NCBI GenBank assembly: GCA_965649825.1
Contig: OZ287705.1
Location: 62,001-126,000, forward strand
Length of the DNA stretch: 64,000 nucleotides
Reading direction: 5' to 3'
From: Penicillus capitatus
Lineage: Eukaryota > Plantae > Chlorophyta
The notes beneath the pieces were generated by a model. It did no database searches and had not been told where the DNA came from. It saw nothing but the letters and a program-made list of their open reading frames with translations. Both the position numbers and the translations under genes were made by a program. This document shows positions 47,541 to 60,060 of the stretch, in pieces. Each line of letters starts with the position of its first letter. Within the stretch, counting starts at the first letter, position 1.

Positions 47541-50025
47541 ATGGAGTCCATATTCGTTGTGCTCCGTTTCCTCGTTTTGTTTTTCCTTCCAAGCTGGACC
47601 GACGCTGCCAACTCGATCCTGCCGGAGAATACCTTTGCGAGAGATTCTCTGAACGACGGCATCGATGATGGAGAATGCGTCGTTCCAAGAGTAAGCCTAA
47701 TCGTTTTAGGGTTCGTCATTTCGTTCGCAGTATGAAGGTGGAAGCGTCTTGGCTGGAGGGCTGTGCGCCAACAAGCCGTCGATCTATTCGACGGCCGCAA
47801 GCATCGGAGGCGGTACTGTGCTGTGCTGCCGAGAAGGAAACGAGTGCTGTTCTGCAGCCAATCACTGGTCGACGGCGACGCCTCGCGTGGTCCGCAAACG
47901 CAGCCGCCTTCCGCCGCATTTCTTTTGGGGGGATATCCATGGGGTCAACTACTTGACGGTGTCGAGGAATCAGCACATACCACAGTGCGTCTCGTCGACT
48001 GAACGCAACGAGTGGACGCCGTGTGTATGCAGGTACTGTGGAAGCTGTTGGGCCTTCGGGACAACTTCCGCCATCTCCGACCGCATGAAGATCATGCGGC
48101 GTAACCAGTTTCCAGAGATCATCTTGGCCCCTCAAGTCCTGATTAACTGCGACGGTGGAGGGACATGCCAAGTGAGCCATCTCGCGTCTCGTGCTGTGAG
48201 GAAGACGGCGCCGCCGTAGGGAGGACAAGCCGGTGGTGTCTACCGGTATATGGCGGAGCACGGATTGCCAGATGAAACGTGTCAGAACTATCGAGCGAAA
48301 AACCAGCGATGTGCAGAGACGAGTGTCTGCGTCAGCTGCAAGCGAAACCATGTAAGGGACCGTCATCGCGACAGGCGCAATAACGGGATGTTTGCAGGCA
48401 AACAGTCGCGGCGAGTGCAAGGCCGTGAAGGACTTTACCCTCTACAAGATCTCTGACTATGACTCGACGGACGCTGACGCCATTCGAATGTACCATGCCT
48501 TCAGCAGCAAGGCAGACAACATCATGAATGAGATCTACAAGCATGGACCGGTTTCGTGCACGCTGTTTGCCACCGACGACTTCGACGAGTACACTGGCGG
48601 CATCTATTCTGAACACGGGATACGGTGGAATGCTAACCACGTTGTCAGCCTCGTCGGATGGGGAGAGGAGAACGGCATCCCGTAAGCAGTCCCTCCTTCT
48701 GCAAGGATGCCCGATGAGTGTTGCGTTTCTGGCGCCTAGATACTGGATCGGTCGAAACAGCTGGGGAACCTACTGGGGGGAGAATGGTTTCTTCAGAATA
48801 ATACGGGGCGATGCTCGAATGAATCTCGGAATCGAGAACGATTGCACGTGGGCAACACCCAAGGTTCCGAAGCATCTCCTGCCGGACGATCCTCTCCCCG
48901 AGTGCGCACCGCTCTCCTTTCCATCCCCTGATCCCTCAGTACTGTGTGTAGAGACGTACCGTACGGAGAGTTTTTGCTGGACTTTCACAATCCACGCAAA
49001 CATATCTCAGAGAATGCCAACGATTCCGTCAGGCGCCTCCACGCCAAGAAACCAAAGAAGAAAGCGACCAAGAGACCCACTCACTCTAGGCAAGACGATA
49101 CCGTCGGATATGACATTCGGTCACACTTCGGGATGAGTTATGCTTCCATCAACAGAAACCAGAACAACCCTTACTACTGCGAGTCCTCGTGGGCTCAGGC
49201 TGCCACATCTGCTCTCAACGATAGATTTGCGTTGCTGAAAAACGCCTCGTACCCAGAAGTCGTTCTCTCTGCCCAAGTGCCCATCGCTGCTGTCTTGTCA
49301 CTCGAGGCGAATACTGTCTCCTAGGTTCTACTTAATTGTGTAGGAACAAAAGACACCGACGGATGTCGCGGCGGCGAGGTGCACGATGCCTACAAGTACA
49401 TCAAGGATCGCAGCCTGCCGGATGAATCTTGCTCGCCTTACGAGGCGAAGCCCAACGAATGCACCGACATACACGTGTGCAAATCCTGCTGGCCGGACAG
49501 ATGCTACGCTCTGAAACCTGGAGAATACACACACTACACCATCAAAGATTACTACAGGGTAAGCACACGGAGCGAAGACGGCAGGCCGTATCTGTGTCTG
49601 CTGCTCAGGTGTCCGGAGATGAACAAGTGTTGAAAGAGATCGTCGCCAGAGGACCAGTCGCCTGTCGCGTCTGCGATTCGAAATCTTTTCTTTCTTACAC
49701 GGGCGGCATTTTTTCAGACGAGAAGGCCTACCCGTGCAGAACAGTCTCGAAGAAGCATGTCGTGCTGTCCGGGTGGGGAGAAGAGAACGGTGTTAGATTC
49801 TGGATCGGCAGAAACAGCTGGGGAACCTACTGGGGAGAGATGGGGTGGTTTAGAGTAGCAATGGGCAAGGGCGATATGGGAATCTCGACAGATTGCTACG
49901 CTGCTGTGCCAAAGCCGCCGAAGTACCACCATCTCTACCAGCAGAATAGAATCTCCGGAATAGCTAGAATCAAAAAAGAGTTCAGAAATCAGGATAGAAG
50001 CGAATCTTCCAGTTTCCTTGTCTGA
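47541..50025 (+). CDS. Secreted tandem (double-domain) cathepsin Z/X-like papain protease; second domain lacks catalytic residues
   Basis: Signal peptide MESIFVVLRFLVLFFLPSWTDA. Domain 1: RNQHIPQ|YCGSCWAF…NHVVSLVGWG…WIGRNSWG. Domain 2: RNQNNPYYCESSWAQ…KKHVVLSGWG…WIGRNSWG. Seven GT-AG introns. Confidence 0.92.
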
Positions 50026-51134
50026 TCGAGAGTCGGGATCGGCGTCCTAGTCTGTGCAATTTATGGGATCTCTGGATAAATGGTTCTCTTTTTGCTGTGC
50101 TTATTCTTAGTCATATGCTCAAACTCAAGATACGGCTTTCTAGCTTACGTCGTACATTGCTCTCTCTTCTGGCCGTCCATCAACAAGAGCCTCGCAGGGA
50201 GGTTATCAAGCACAGTACATAATTTTCCTACAGGTAGATTTCTTGAAATATTTTTGCTTCATAAGCTTCGGTTATCCAGTAGCACACCAGAGATCATTTT
50301 TCATGCACAGAACTTGTTTTTTGACAGGCATAAACGTAAGAAGACAGGCCAAACCAGCTGTAGTTGGATTCTCTTATTGGGTTCCTGAGTTGTCAGAGGC
50401 TGTTATGTTTTAGCAACGGATTGAAATAAGCGTTGTAATGTCAGTTGTTTGAGGCCGTCGATGTTCGCAGAATGGATGCATAGAGTGAGATCACTGCCTC
50501 GACATCAAGCACGTTTCACTGGTGTGACCATCCAATGCCGATGCACATTGCCACGGAGCCATTTCGGTTGACCGTTAGGCGCTGTCAGGAATGGTCTGTG
50601 CGCATTAGGTGTCGAATGGATACCCTCAAGGAATTTAATCGGATCGTTTTGTTGTATGCGTGCTCTACTTGATTAGATAGATTAGATACTACTGATACGC
50701 AGTTCCACGTGTGACTCGTATCTAGCGATGGCTCCCGTTCGAGGAAATTCTATAGAGTGCGAAGGTGGACAGAAAAGGAAGCTGTTGAGTGGTGCAGCGA
50801 GAATGGTGACGGATCGCCTCGAATAATAGAAGAAAAAAACCGTGATGGACAAGAAGTACGTGCGCTCCAACCTTGGTGAGAGCATCTACTACTACGTTGT
50901 ACTGTTTGAGACTTTTTGGCAAAACGGAACGGAAATTCAGGCATCGGTAAAGGCCGGGCATAAGCACAAAAAAGATAATGACTTGTTGGATGTCGATTTC
51001 TAGGCGATGTGGTTTCCTTGCGATTCTGAGAGAGACTGTTGACAAGACAATAAAAAACATCGCTTTACAGCACAGCTAACTGTTCAGTAATGAAATTCTA
51101 AGCGTCGCGATCGAAGGGATTGGCAGACTCGCTG

Positions 51135-53102
51135 TTATTTCTTCGCCGCCAATCGACCGAGAAGAGAAGAGAGACGTCGGAGGATGCGATGTCCTCCGAA
51201 GCACCCCGACGGACGAGGGATCTCTTCGACATCATCCATCACCAGTCCAGGCGATTCTTGTCCCTTCGACGAGATGCTGGGCGAACGATCACGGAATCGG
51301 ACTCTCTGACGCAACGACGGCACAAAGAGCTCTGGTCTTCGTATCTTGATCGCGTAGGATTTGGCGTTCTTGCACAGCCATTTATTCTCGGAGATCTCTC
51401 TGAGACGGGGACGGTTCCTAGCAGACGGTGACAGGAGAGAGCGGATCAGGGATCGACACTCCGACGAGACATCGGACGGAAAGGGCTTTATCGCGTTCCT
51501 CTTGATGTTGGCCACGGTGTGACCCATACTGCTTGGATGCTCTGGATCCTAGAGCAGCACAGCGGAGATGACGCTGCACCCGCCGCCCGACTGCGATCGC
51601 ACTTCGAAGGGATAGGCCCCCGCGACCAGGAGGTAGAGCGTAACGCCTATGCTCCACACGTCGACGGCGGTCGCATCGTATCTGGGTCCCTCCTTCGGTT
51701 CCGGCTCGTCCGCTGCCCCCAGCATCTCGGGCGCCATGTAATCCGGCGTGCCGACCCTAGAACGAGACGCGCTCGGCACAGAAGATGCGCGGGCGACCGA
51801 AACCGTGCCCGAGCGTGTTGGCCAGATCGAGGTGCTTCGACAGTCCGAAGTCGACGATCTTCAGATTCTGCGTCTTCTTCTCCACCATGCAGTTCTCCGG
51901 CTTCAGATCGCGATGGCAGTACGCCTTCTCGTGCATGAAGGAGACGCCCCTGAGGATGAGATGGACGAAGAAGGCGGCCATGTCCTCCGGCATGCGGCCC
52001 CCGACGTCTTCCAGCAGGTCCAGCAGGTCCTTCCCCTCGATCAGCTCCCACTGCGATCAAACGAACACGCCGTCAGCGATTCTGGCGACAAGGACAGGCG
52101 ACTGACGGAGAGGATGAGGTGATCCCCATCGGCGAAGACGTCGAGCAGCCGAACGATGTTGGGGTGACGTACGGAGCTGGCGTACTCAACCTGTCACCAC
52201 AGCAGACAATGTCAACCGTCGTTTTTCTCTGAAAGAGTGAGACCACACTTCGCGTTTGACCATCTTGAAGGAGAGACTCTGCTGATGCTCCGCGAGATTC
52301 ATCACCTTCGCACGGGAACGCAAGCGTCGACCTCGCCTCCTCGGCTGTACTGTACGACGTGACCTTGAGGGCAACGCGACCGCTGCCTCTGGCGCTGTCT
52401 TCCGCCTCGTAGACGACAGCTGTCGCTCCGCCTGCACGCCTCGACAGCGTCTCGGCACAGTGAACGCCGTCCGTCTTACGGTTGATTTCGCGGACGATTC
52501 GATAGCGTCCCTCGTTGAGCAGCTGTCCGGGAGCGAACGGCTCGGCCATCTCGTACTGTTCGCGAACGAGCCGATGGTGTTGCGTGATGTGACACATCTC
52601 GGCGAAACCGCACGCGCACGTACGCACTCCATCTATCCTTCTGCTCCATTTCAAACGAACTGGAAGTCGAACGCGCATACGTCTCCCCACACGCCATGAC
52701 CTCGTTCGTCCGCAGATTGGCCAAAAGCCTGTCCCACGACTCAGGCGCCGGAGGACCTCGCGACCCTCGCTGTCCGGAACCGCTCTCGACGAAGCACTCC
52801 AGTCCGAGACAGCTCTCCGCGTCCCCCAGCTTCAATGACTTCAGCCTCCGTGCAGAAGAAGACGGTGAGCGCATTAGAGACGCGACGCGCAGCGCACAAT
52901 GTCGTTCGCGTGCAGCCGTCGAAGAATTCGGACGGGCCTTCTGGACGAAGACCCCCACCGCGACGACGATGCATCGTCCGACGGCATCCTCCTCCGGTAA
53001 CGCGACGTCCTTCTTCGACGACGGCGGACTCTCTCGTCTCTTAGGCGGTTCGACGCCGACGGAGTCTCCCGTCGGGTCGCCGACGGAGTCGACATCCTCC
53101 AT
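51135..53102 (-). CDS. SnRK2/CAMK-like kinase, copy 2 (apparently intact)
   Basis: Mirror of 39368-41309 with the same motifs. The indels I found are intronic or in-frame (21-nt duplication, [12 protein letters not shown]). Confidence 0.88.
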
Positions 53103-53969
53103 GATGTCGGCCCTGCCGAAGAAGACCACGAGGAAGATTGTCGGATTGGATCCGTACGATTTCTGTGACCTCTTGAAATCCAGCAGCCTCTAGGAAACGG
53201 GCGACATCGCCCCTCGTTGTGTAGTCAGTTTTCTTTCCTGTACTGTACGTCTAGCAAACACAGACCAAGCTGAAATGCGCATTCTTGCCTGGGAGAGCGC
53301 GGGGGAGAGGGCAATTTTTGATCGGTGTTATCCTTCTCTGTATGCAGTACCCAAGTTTTGGTCTCCGTCGTCCTTGTTGCTGCACTTGGGTGTGTCTTGT
53401 TTTCGTTTTGGTTCGGGCGCAGACGAGACCGGAGGTCGTCCATGTGCGCATTCAACTCTTTCTGAAACATGTGCTCGATGAACCCAGAACGGCGTTCGTT
53501 CGTTCGGTCGATCGATTGGTGACAATCGATACAGCACAGCAATCCCGTTTCTATTCACTGTCTTATTCTGCCTAGTGTGAGATTTGTTGCCTGAGTAGAG
53601 ATTGCACTTCTGTTTCGCAGAGGTGACTGGAAGAAGCCCGTTTGTCGTTGTGTATGTAGAGAGTCTCGTACCAAACAGTGTCGCCTGCCAGCACTACTAG
53701 ATCAAGGACGAAGTGCATGAGCAGCGCATCGGCCCTTGAGCCTTACCTGATGATTTCATTAAGATTCATAAGAACACATTCAAGAAAGTCGAACAATGGC
53801 GCGGCCCGCGACGCGACCGCCGATGCGACCCGAGGAGTCGCGTCGGACGTCCGTCGCCCCGGAGATGGATCGTCGGTGGCTTTTTCGTCTTTCTGGACGC
53901 TATTCTGAATGTCTCGTTAACCGCAGTTACGCATGACATGGAGCCAACAGTCCGAGAAGTGTTATTCTT

Positions 53970-56059
53970 TCAAAGAGATCTCTCATAACACGCGACAACC
54001 GTCTGTGACATGAATACAAGGCTCGAGGCCATCGTTTGCGACGGTCGCAATCCTGAGGAGAAACCCGCCGAATCTCGTCTGGCGTTCAGGCCAATGTTTG
54101 TTTGCTCCTCATCGGCTTTGGATTTACGAATGAAGCTTCTCGTACGAGGGACATTCTGCGCCACTTTCAAGATCATGAACTCGCGCATCACTCGCAAATT
54201 GCCAAGCGTATCGATCTGTGGAACCTCTTCTATTTCCAGTACGACGCGCATATAGGCAAAGGTTGCCTGAGAAAAGACAAAGCCCAAGAAAGCCAACAGT
54301 CCACAGATCGACAGAAAAAATAAAACCGACAGCGATACCCTCAGAGCATTTCCGATCCGATCGTCATTGAATAAGAGAGCCATGACAAAGGTAATGTTCG
54401 AGAAAAAGAGAACGGCCTCTTCATACACATTCAGACTGGCAAATTCGTTTCGGAAGGGATGACATATCGTGTGCAGGTACAGTGCCGTGGTCAGGATGCA
54501 GACGGCAAGGATGGCTTGGAGGTTCGATCCTAGGTGGTATCCAAATGCCACGACGATCGTCAACAGCGCTTTTCGGAAGAGGACAAGGGATTCCCAGTAG
54601 ACAAACCTGTCGGCGTAAGCCCGATACGGAAACGCTGTGGCATCCATGAACCAGGTCTCGTGCGAGGGATCGAGGTTTCTCTTTCTCGCAGCTTCCACGA
54701 CAACAGCACTGGGAATCCGATCGTGAAGAAAAGGAGGACGGGTAGGCCAAGGACACTGACAAGGATGGCATGGGATCCTGCGAAACACTTGACGGTGGTT
54801 GCCTGTATCCAGCGATAGCTCGTGCTTTCTGCGCCTGTGTGGATGAATTGGCGCACTCGGACGCAGGAAAGCACATTCACGGCGTTTTTGGTGATCCAGA
54901 CACAGCTCAGGTAGGAAACTGCAAGGAAGCTCAATGACCACCTCTTCTTCAAATACTCCCAGCTCTCTGCGGATCTCATCGCCACGCAGAACCAGAAAAC
55001 GCCGTGCAGGAGGAGAGCGGCAACTGGAGCGGCTATGGCGACGATCGGGGGAAGGATGGATCGGGGGAAGGCGGCCTCCACCGGAATGAGACATTCGATG
55101 GAAAAAGACGCCGTGTTCAACATCGTGCCTCCAATGACATCTATCCATCGAACAGTCTGTCCCTTATCCGAAAGCGGGACGATGGCGGCCTACCTGTTGC
55201 CGAGATCAGCGACTTTTCCGAGGATGTCCAGTTGGAGCTGATGTATATCGCCACCGAAATCGTCTGCAAAGAATTGATCGTGATCTGGAAACAGAGATTC
55301 TTTACGGAACCGCGTCTGATGCTGTATGTACCTTAAAGATCTCGACGAGTTTCCACTTGGCCAGTTCGGCTGAGAGTTGGCTATCTTCGTCGCTTCCATG
55401 ACTGCCTGCGATCTCGGTCGCCTGGCGCCTTGATGAGACGACTCTGCTTGACGGACCACCGAGTTCTGCCAACTGGAGTTCTTCCGAAACAGAAACGGTC
55501 CTGATCAGCTTGCGTGCTGGCACTTGGCGAAGGAGTCGCGCGATGTCTTGTCCACTTGATAGAGCTGGTCCCAGACTACTCTTGATGGCGAAGCTGCTGG
55601 GTGCCAAGACGACGACAACAGAGAGAACTAGGTAGGCAATGCTCGGGTCCTTGTCGCATCGGTCGCAGTCCCAAGAAGACGTATGACCGTATCCACTTCT
55701 GCATTCACCACAAAGCGGTCCTCTGTATCCCTGCTTCACGAGAGATAGGAGAAAAGGGGTTAGGAGAAGGAAAACGAGACCTCGTTGCATTGTTCTTCGG
55801 CATAGGCACTTTCAGTGGCCGCGTTGAGATCACAGTCGTGCACATCTTTTGTGATGGCGACCAGCTGCGCCTCTCGATCAAAATCGCACGCCGATTGGCT
55901 CAGGCATTCCTGCATGTGTAAGGAGCACGGATACGGATGCCAGTACTTCGGTTCGGCTGAATGACGTTATCGGATGCACAGTTTGCATTAGGAGGACACA
56001 GCTGACACGCGTTGTCCTCTGGCGACATTCGATACTGTGTCTCCGTGCATCGAACACCT
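53970..56059 (-). pseudogene. Cys-rich multi-TM gene, copy 2 (shared frameshift, extra frameshift, stop-codon loss)
   Basis: Same frameshift as copy 1. Additional 1-nt deletion at ~55948 (CCGAAGTACTGG vs CCGAGAGTACTGG). TGA>CGA extends the last ORF to 53970. Confidence 0.75.
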
Positions 56060-57033
56060 AGTTTCCACTGCCCGTGCGGCGCCCTCGGGTGAAGTATATC
56101 GCCAGCTGTCCATTGGAGGCGGACGGCGACCCGACCCACAGCCTAGTGGCAGACACACACATATTGAGTCATGCTTTACGACAGAGGTAGGGATCTGACC
56201 TGGGGGGTAGCGAAAGCTTGCAGGGCCCGCTTCTGTCACCATCCACGACAGGGACACCGACCCGTGCAAAGCCTTACCCCACACCTTCACTGTGCTTTCC
56301 CCCTGCAGAGCCAGCTAAGGAGGCGAAGGCGGCGCGCACGCTAATAAAAAAACACACAAGGAAGGGACAGAAAAAAGCAAAACACACAGTGTAGATGAAG
56401 AAACACACATGCAGTCAAACACGAACAGAGAAACACACAGTCAAGAAGGCAGGTGGCCGGTCTCAAGCCCAGACAGCACAGTAACAAACAGGCAAGCACA
56501 GGGAATGAGAAAAAATAAAATTGGGAAACAATAAACACGAACAAATTAAGCGCGACAGAAAGGTCGCCAGAGCACACATAGAAAAAGTAAAAAAATTAAT
56601 GTACAGTCAAGAAAGAGGCTACTTACTCTAAACACAGAAAGGAGAACAGAAAGAGCAGGATCTAACAAAGTAATAAAAAACTAATGTCTAACACGGCGAA
56701 ATGAAAAACCCACTCAGGACGAAAGAAAAGACCCTAACAAGAGACCCTTACAGAAAAAAGGGAAACGCGGGTCCTGAGTGGGGGCCTCCAAAGCCAGCAT
56801 CCTTCAAGGTACCGGCGACAGATCCGAACGCGAGGGGCTTGGATCGGGCCCAGCGCTTCAGAACGACGCCACGTCCACGCATACTCCGCCTATCCCACCG
56901 CAGAGCTGCCTCAGCCAGGTGCCACCGCCAGGTGACAGCTGCATCTAGAACACACAACCATGCGTTGACCCCTGGGTGTGATGGCTAACTCGGCTCACGT
57001 GGATTTCCCGAGGGCGCCGCTGGCAGGGAAACT
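56060..57033. mobile_element. Mirror copy of the putative TIR-bounded element
   Basis: Inverted repeats at 56060-56089 and 57007-57033; A-rich core 56340-56770; ~21 nt longer than the left copy. Confidence 0.45.
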
Positions 57034-58602
57034 GTAATGGTGCCCTTTTCACGTTGGGAGGCATCGCAGTCGCTCGGGAATCTATTGGCCTCAGAGTCTC
57101 CTTGAAGAAACAAATACGCTTAGACGATGCGCGGTCGCAGGAGAGCCTACTTGCATGGAGAGTCGACGCACGACCCGTCGGTTAGGAGTTTGCTTTTCTT
57201 CGGACGCAAACTGCGCTGCATGCGTCGTCCTCCGCGCTCGTGGTTCCACTGTCCGTCGTCGTTCTCTTCGGGCGGGTCGGATCACTGCGGAAAACAACAG
57301 ACGACCTCCGTCGACAAACCTCCGACTGCGTTCGAGTTCCGCCTTCTGCGATCGGTTTGAAGGGCGTGCACTGCGTCGCCGAACCAACGCACGAACAACA
57401 GGAAGGTGGTCCGCACACAAATCGCAGTGGTTTGCAGCTCAGTCGGAGAGGAACACAGGAGACGAACACAAAAGACACGAATCAATGGTCGCCAGACGAT
57501 TTATTCGTACGACGGTTACCACGCATCGCCACGACCGCGATTCCATACAGCCACACACGCTGCTAACCATCGAAAGGCTTCTGTCGGATATCTCTTGGAC
57601 ACGACGAAGCATTGCTAGAACCTCTCTCAGGATGCTGAATACCAGTGTCGTCTGGCAGGAGTGGGGCCAGACGCATGTTATGCCAGAGCGTCTTCCTGTG
57701 ATGGCATTCGTCATGTGACACAATGGATCGTGTTAACTCGTATTCGACTGTCATGAGCACCACCCAGCTCTTCGCTGCATCTTTGCATGAGATGTCCACG
57801 TCATCTCCTTTACCCTTGGTTCCAGTATCCATGACCTGACAGCACATCTTGTCTAATGGCAGTTCGACAACAGAGATCTCTTTGTTCTTCTGCCGAACTG
57901 ACAAGTTAATCAGAGACCACTCACATCCATCGGCCGAAAAGGTTGCCAGTTGGCAGAGATTGTTTGCTGCCTCATGTGAGGCGACTCACCAGTCACTTCA
58001 ATTCCATCTTCGAATAAACATCGCCGATCCAAATCATCCACTTCGTTGGTTTCCGGGGTCATCATGAACGCGAATTAAGGGAACATGACCAGAGACTGCA
58101 GCACGACGATACACAGCCGGTGCCAAGATCGTTTGAAGCGATGTTTGACTAGATGCATCGATTCGAGCGGTACGCGTCACATCAGCTACGGCATGCATCA
58201 TGGATGCACGAAATGCCTGAACCACATGTGCTGACACTTGCATGACTGGAGTTCAACATCGATTTCCCAATCGCATAAGCTTTAGTTCTTATTTTGAGAT
58301 CAGAGTCGATTCCTTTCTCCCTCGCGTTGTCTGTTAACATGAAATCCGTTCGTCTCGCTAGTGTCTCTGGTACCACGTTTTGCATTCCGCGCAGTTTTTC
58401 TCGCAAGAATCGGGCACCGAAGCGCATTGCCGACATCCCAAAAGCGTCCGAATGCACTTTCACCAGTCGTCCGAGTCCCCAGTCGCCGTCCTCTCTGGCG
58501 GAACAAACGGAGGACGAGCGTGCACGAACAAACATCTGCATAGAGTACTGCCGAATGACGCGTCGTCGTCGCACCGTTCTGTGCTTTTCTAGGCGCTACT
58601 TC

Positions 58603-58848
58603 TGTCGCCGGTCGGGTCGGACGAAAATACCAACAGCGGAAGACTTTTTTTGTTTACAGAGCAAGGGCAAACATGGTGCGAATTGTCCGTTTCAATACGC
58701 CAGTGGCGACGTGACATGCCTATGCAGGTGAGTCATCCTTGCGCCAGAACCAGAGGATGGCGCCTCAGGTGACTCAACCTGCACCCCCTCAGAACATGGA
58801 CCCATTGAAATCGAGGCAGTCACATCGCCAAGCCAGATCTTGGCGACA
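58603..58848 (-). repeat. 3' LTR (246 bp)
   Basis: Direct repeat of 60061-60306; differs at 58693 (C vs A at 60151). Confidence 0.96.
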
Positions 58849-58862
58849 CCACGCTTCCCGCC
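58849..58862 (-). promoter_or_regulatory. Polypurine tract-like sequence
   Basis: Minus strand GGCGGGAAGCGTGG directly precedes the 3' LTR. Confidence 0.6.
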
Positions 58863-58910
58863 AAACTCCGAAAAACAGCAAAAAAGACCCCGCAAAACAA
58901 CACAATTAAA

Positions 58911-59906
58911 TCAGTCGATTCCCGAGGTGAACGTTCGTCTGAAAACTGAGAAAATGCTCCATCCTGATTCTGCATTTGCTTCCTGCGACCCCTCCGCTCT
59001 CTGATGCGTATCCGATGTCGTCGGATCCGCTGACGCAACCGTATTAATCCGCACTCGCGGACAATCCTTGGCCAGATGTCCCTTGGATCGACAGCTGTAG
59101 CATATCCGACCGCGCTTCATGGCACCTCCGCCATCATCCGCCGCGTCGGCAGCTTTCGCTCTTCGTCGTCTCGGGTAGCGCCCCATGTCGTGCAGCACTC
59201 TCTTCATCTGCTGCAATGTCTTCAAGCTTCGTCGCCCCTCAACCGGTCTCGTTAACATCACCTCAGCTGTCGTCTTGACATCGTTCTGCAACGTCTTCAC
59301 CTCATGGGTCAACGACTGTAGACAAGGCACCAAGTCAGGTGCCGAAATGAACTTCTTTTTCGCCTCTGCAAAGGCGGTCTCTGTCTTTCTAAGCTTCTCA
59401 TGAACAGAGGAGGCTTCTACGCGTGCCTCGTTTTCGCCTCGTCGGGCCTCCCGAATGTCCCGTTGTAAACTCGCATTGAACTCTGCCAGTCGCTCGCTCT
59501 CCCGGGTCGCGTCAGCACATGCCCTTCGCGCCTCGGCGGCCCTTTGTCGTTCGCGTTGCAGCTGCCGCTGCAGCTCTTCCTTCTCTGCATCGTTCTCGAG
59601 CCTCATTCGTTCTAAGCTCTCTCCAAGTGCTAGTGTCTCGCGGCTCAATTCAAGCACGTCTTGCTCTTGGCGAAGCTTCTGACAGACGTTGCTGAGGAAC
59701 TCTTTCATGTCCCCATCCGCAACCAAGTAATGCAGACCGGCGTCACCCCTTGTCCGGGCTGCCACCGCGAACCCGACTAGACTGGGAAATAATTCCTCAT
59801 CTTCACCCGCGGTTGCGACGATGCTCGTGTCGCGTAGCCACACTACGTAAGAACCCTCCTCAAAGTCCTGACCTTGCTCCACCTCTCCTCGTCGTCCTTG
59901 ACTCAT
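58911..59906 (-). CDS. Gag-like ORF (331 aa): long coiled coil + CCHC zinc knuckle
   Basis: MSQGRRGEV…; heptad-rich segment (…LERMRLENDAEKEELQRQLQRERQRAAEARR…); CYSCRSKGHLAKDC = CX2CX4HX4C. No RT, RNase H, integrase or protease motifs. Confidence 0.85.
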   Translation of the reverse strand: MSQGRRGEVEQGQDFEEGSYVVWLRDTSIVATAGEDEELFPSLVGFAVAARTRGDAGLHYLVADGDMKEFLSNVCQKLRQEQDVLELSRETLALGESLERMRLENDAEKEELQRQLQRERQRAAEARRACADATRESERLAEFNASLQRDIREARRGENEARVEASSVHEKLRKTETAFAEAKKKFISAPDLVPCLQSLTHEVKTLQNDVKTTAEVMLTRPVEGRRSLKTLQQMKRVLHDMGRYPRRRRAKAADAADDGGGAMKRGRICYSCRSKGHLAKDCPRVRINTVASADPTTSDTHQRAEGSQEANAESGWSIFSVFRRTFTSGID

Positions 59907-60047
59907 CCTGAAACCGTCGTTCCTTGAAGACTCCTGGTGCCTAGACCTCTTCTCGGCAGGACTCACACTCCACAAAGGAGGGCGCAGTGCACAGAGCAGG
60001 TGCGCGACGTCACTTAGACGGAGCTTCAACCTGAGGAACGTGTCAAC

Positions 60048-60059
60048 GCTCCGAAACCA
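60048..60059 (-). promoter_or_regulatory. Primer-binding site, tRNA-iMet-like
   Basis: Minus strand TGGTTTCGGAGC, 1 nt from the 5' LTR; 10/12 match to the plant iMet PBS TGGTATCAGAGC. Confidence 0.75.
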
Positions 60060-60060
60060 C

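Noticed and set aside
1435-50025. Non-standard code (TAA/TAG = Gln), as in some ulvophycean lineages; prompted by the in-frame TAG at ~31486 and an acidic continuation after the VHPO TAA
   Set aside because: The 564-aa PPR and other long exons use only CAA/CAG for Gln, and both secreted paralogues end in TAG at the homologous position. The standard code fits.
7891-50025. VHPO + carotenoid oxygenase + protease as a biosynthetic gene cluster
   Set aside because: The genes are >20 kb apart, separated by unrelated genes, with no scaffold-forming enzyme. Nothing in the sequence links them.
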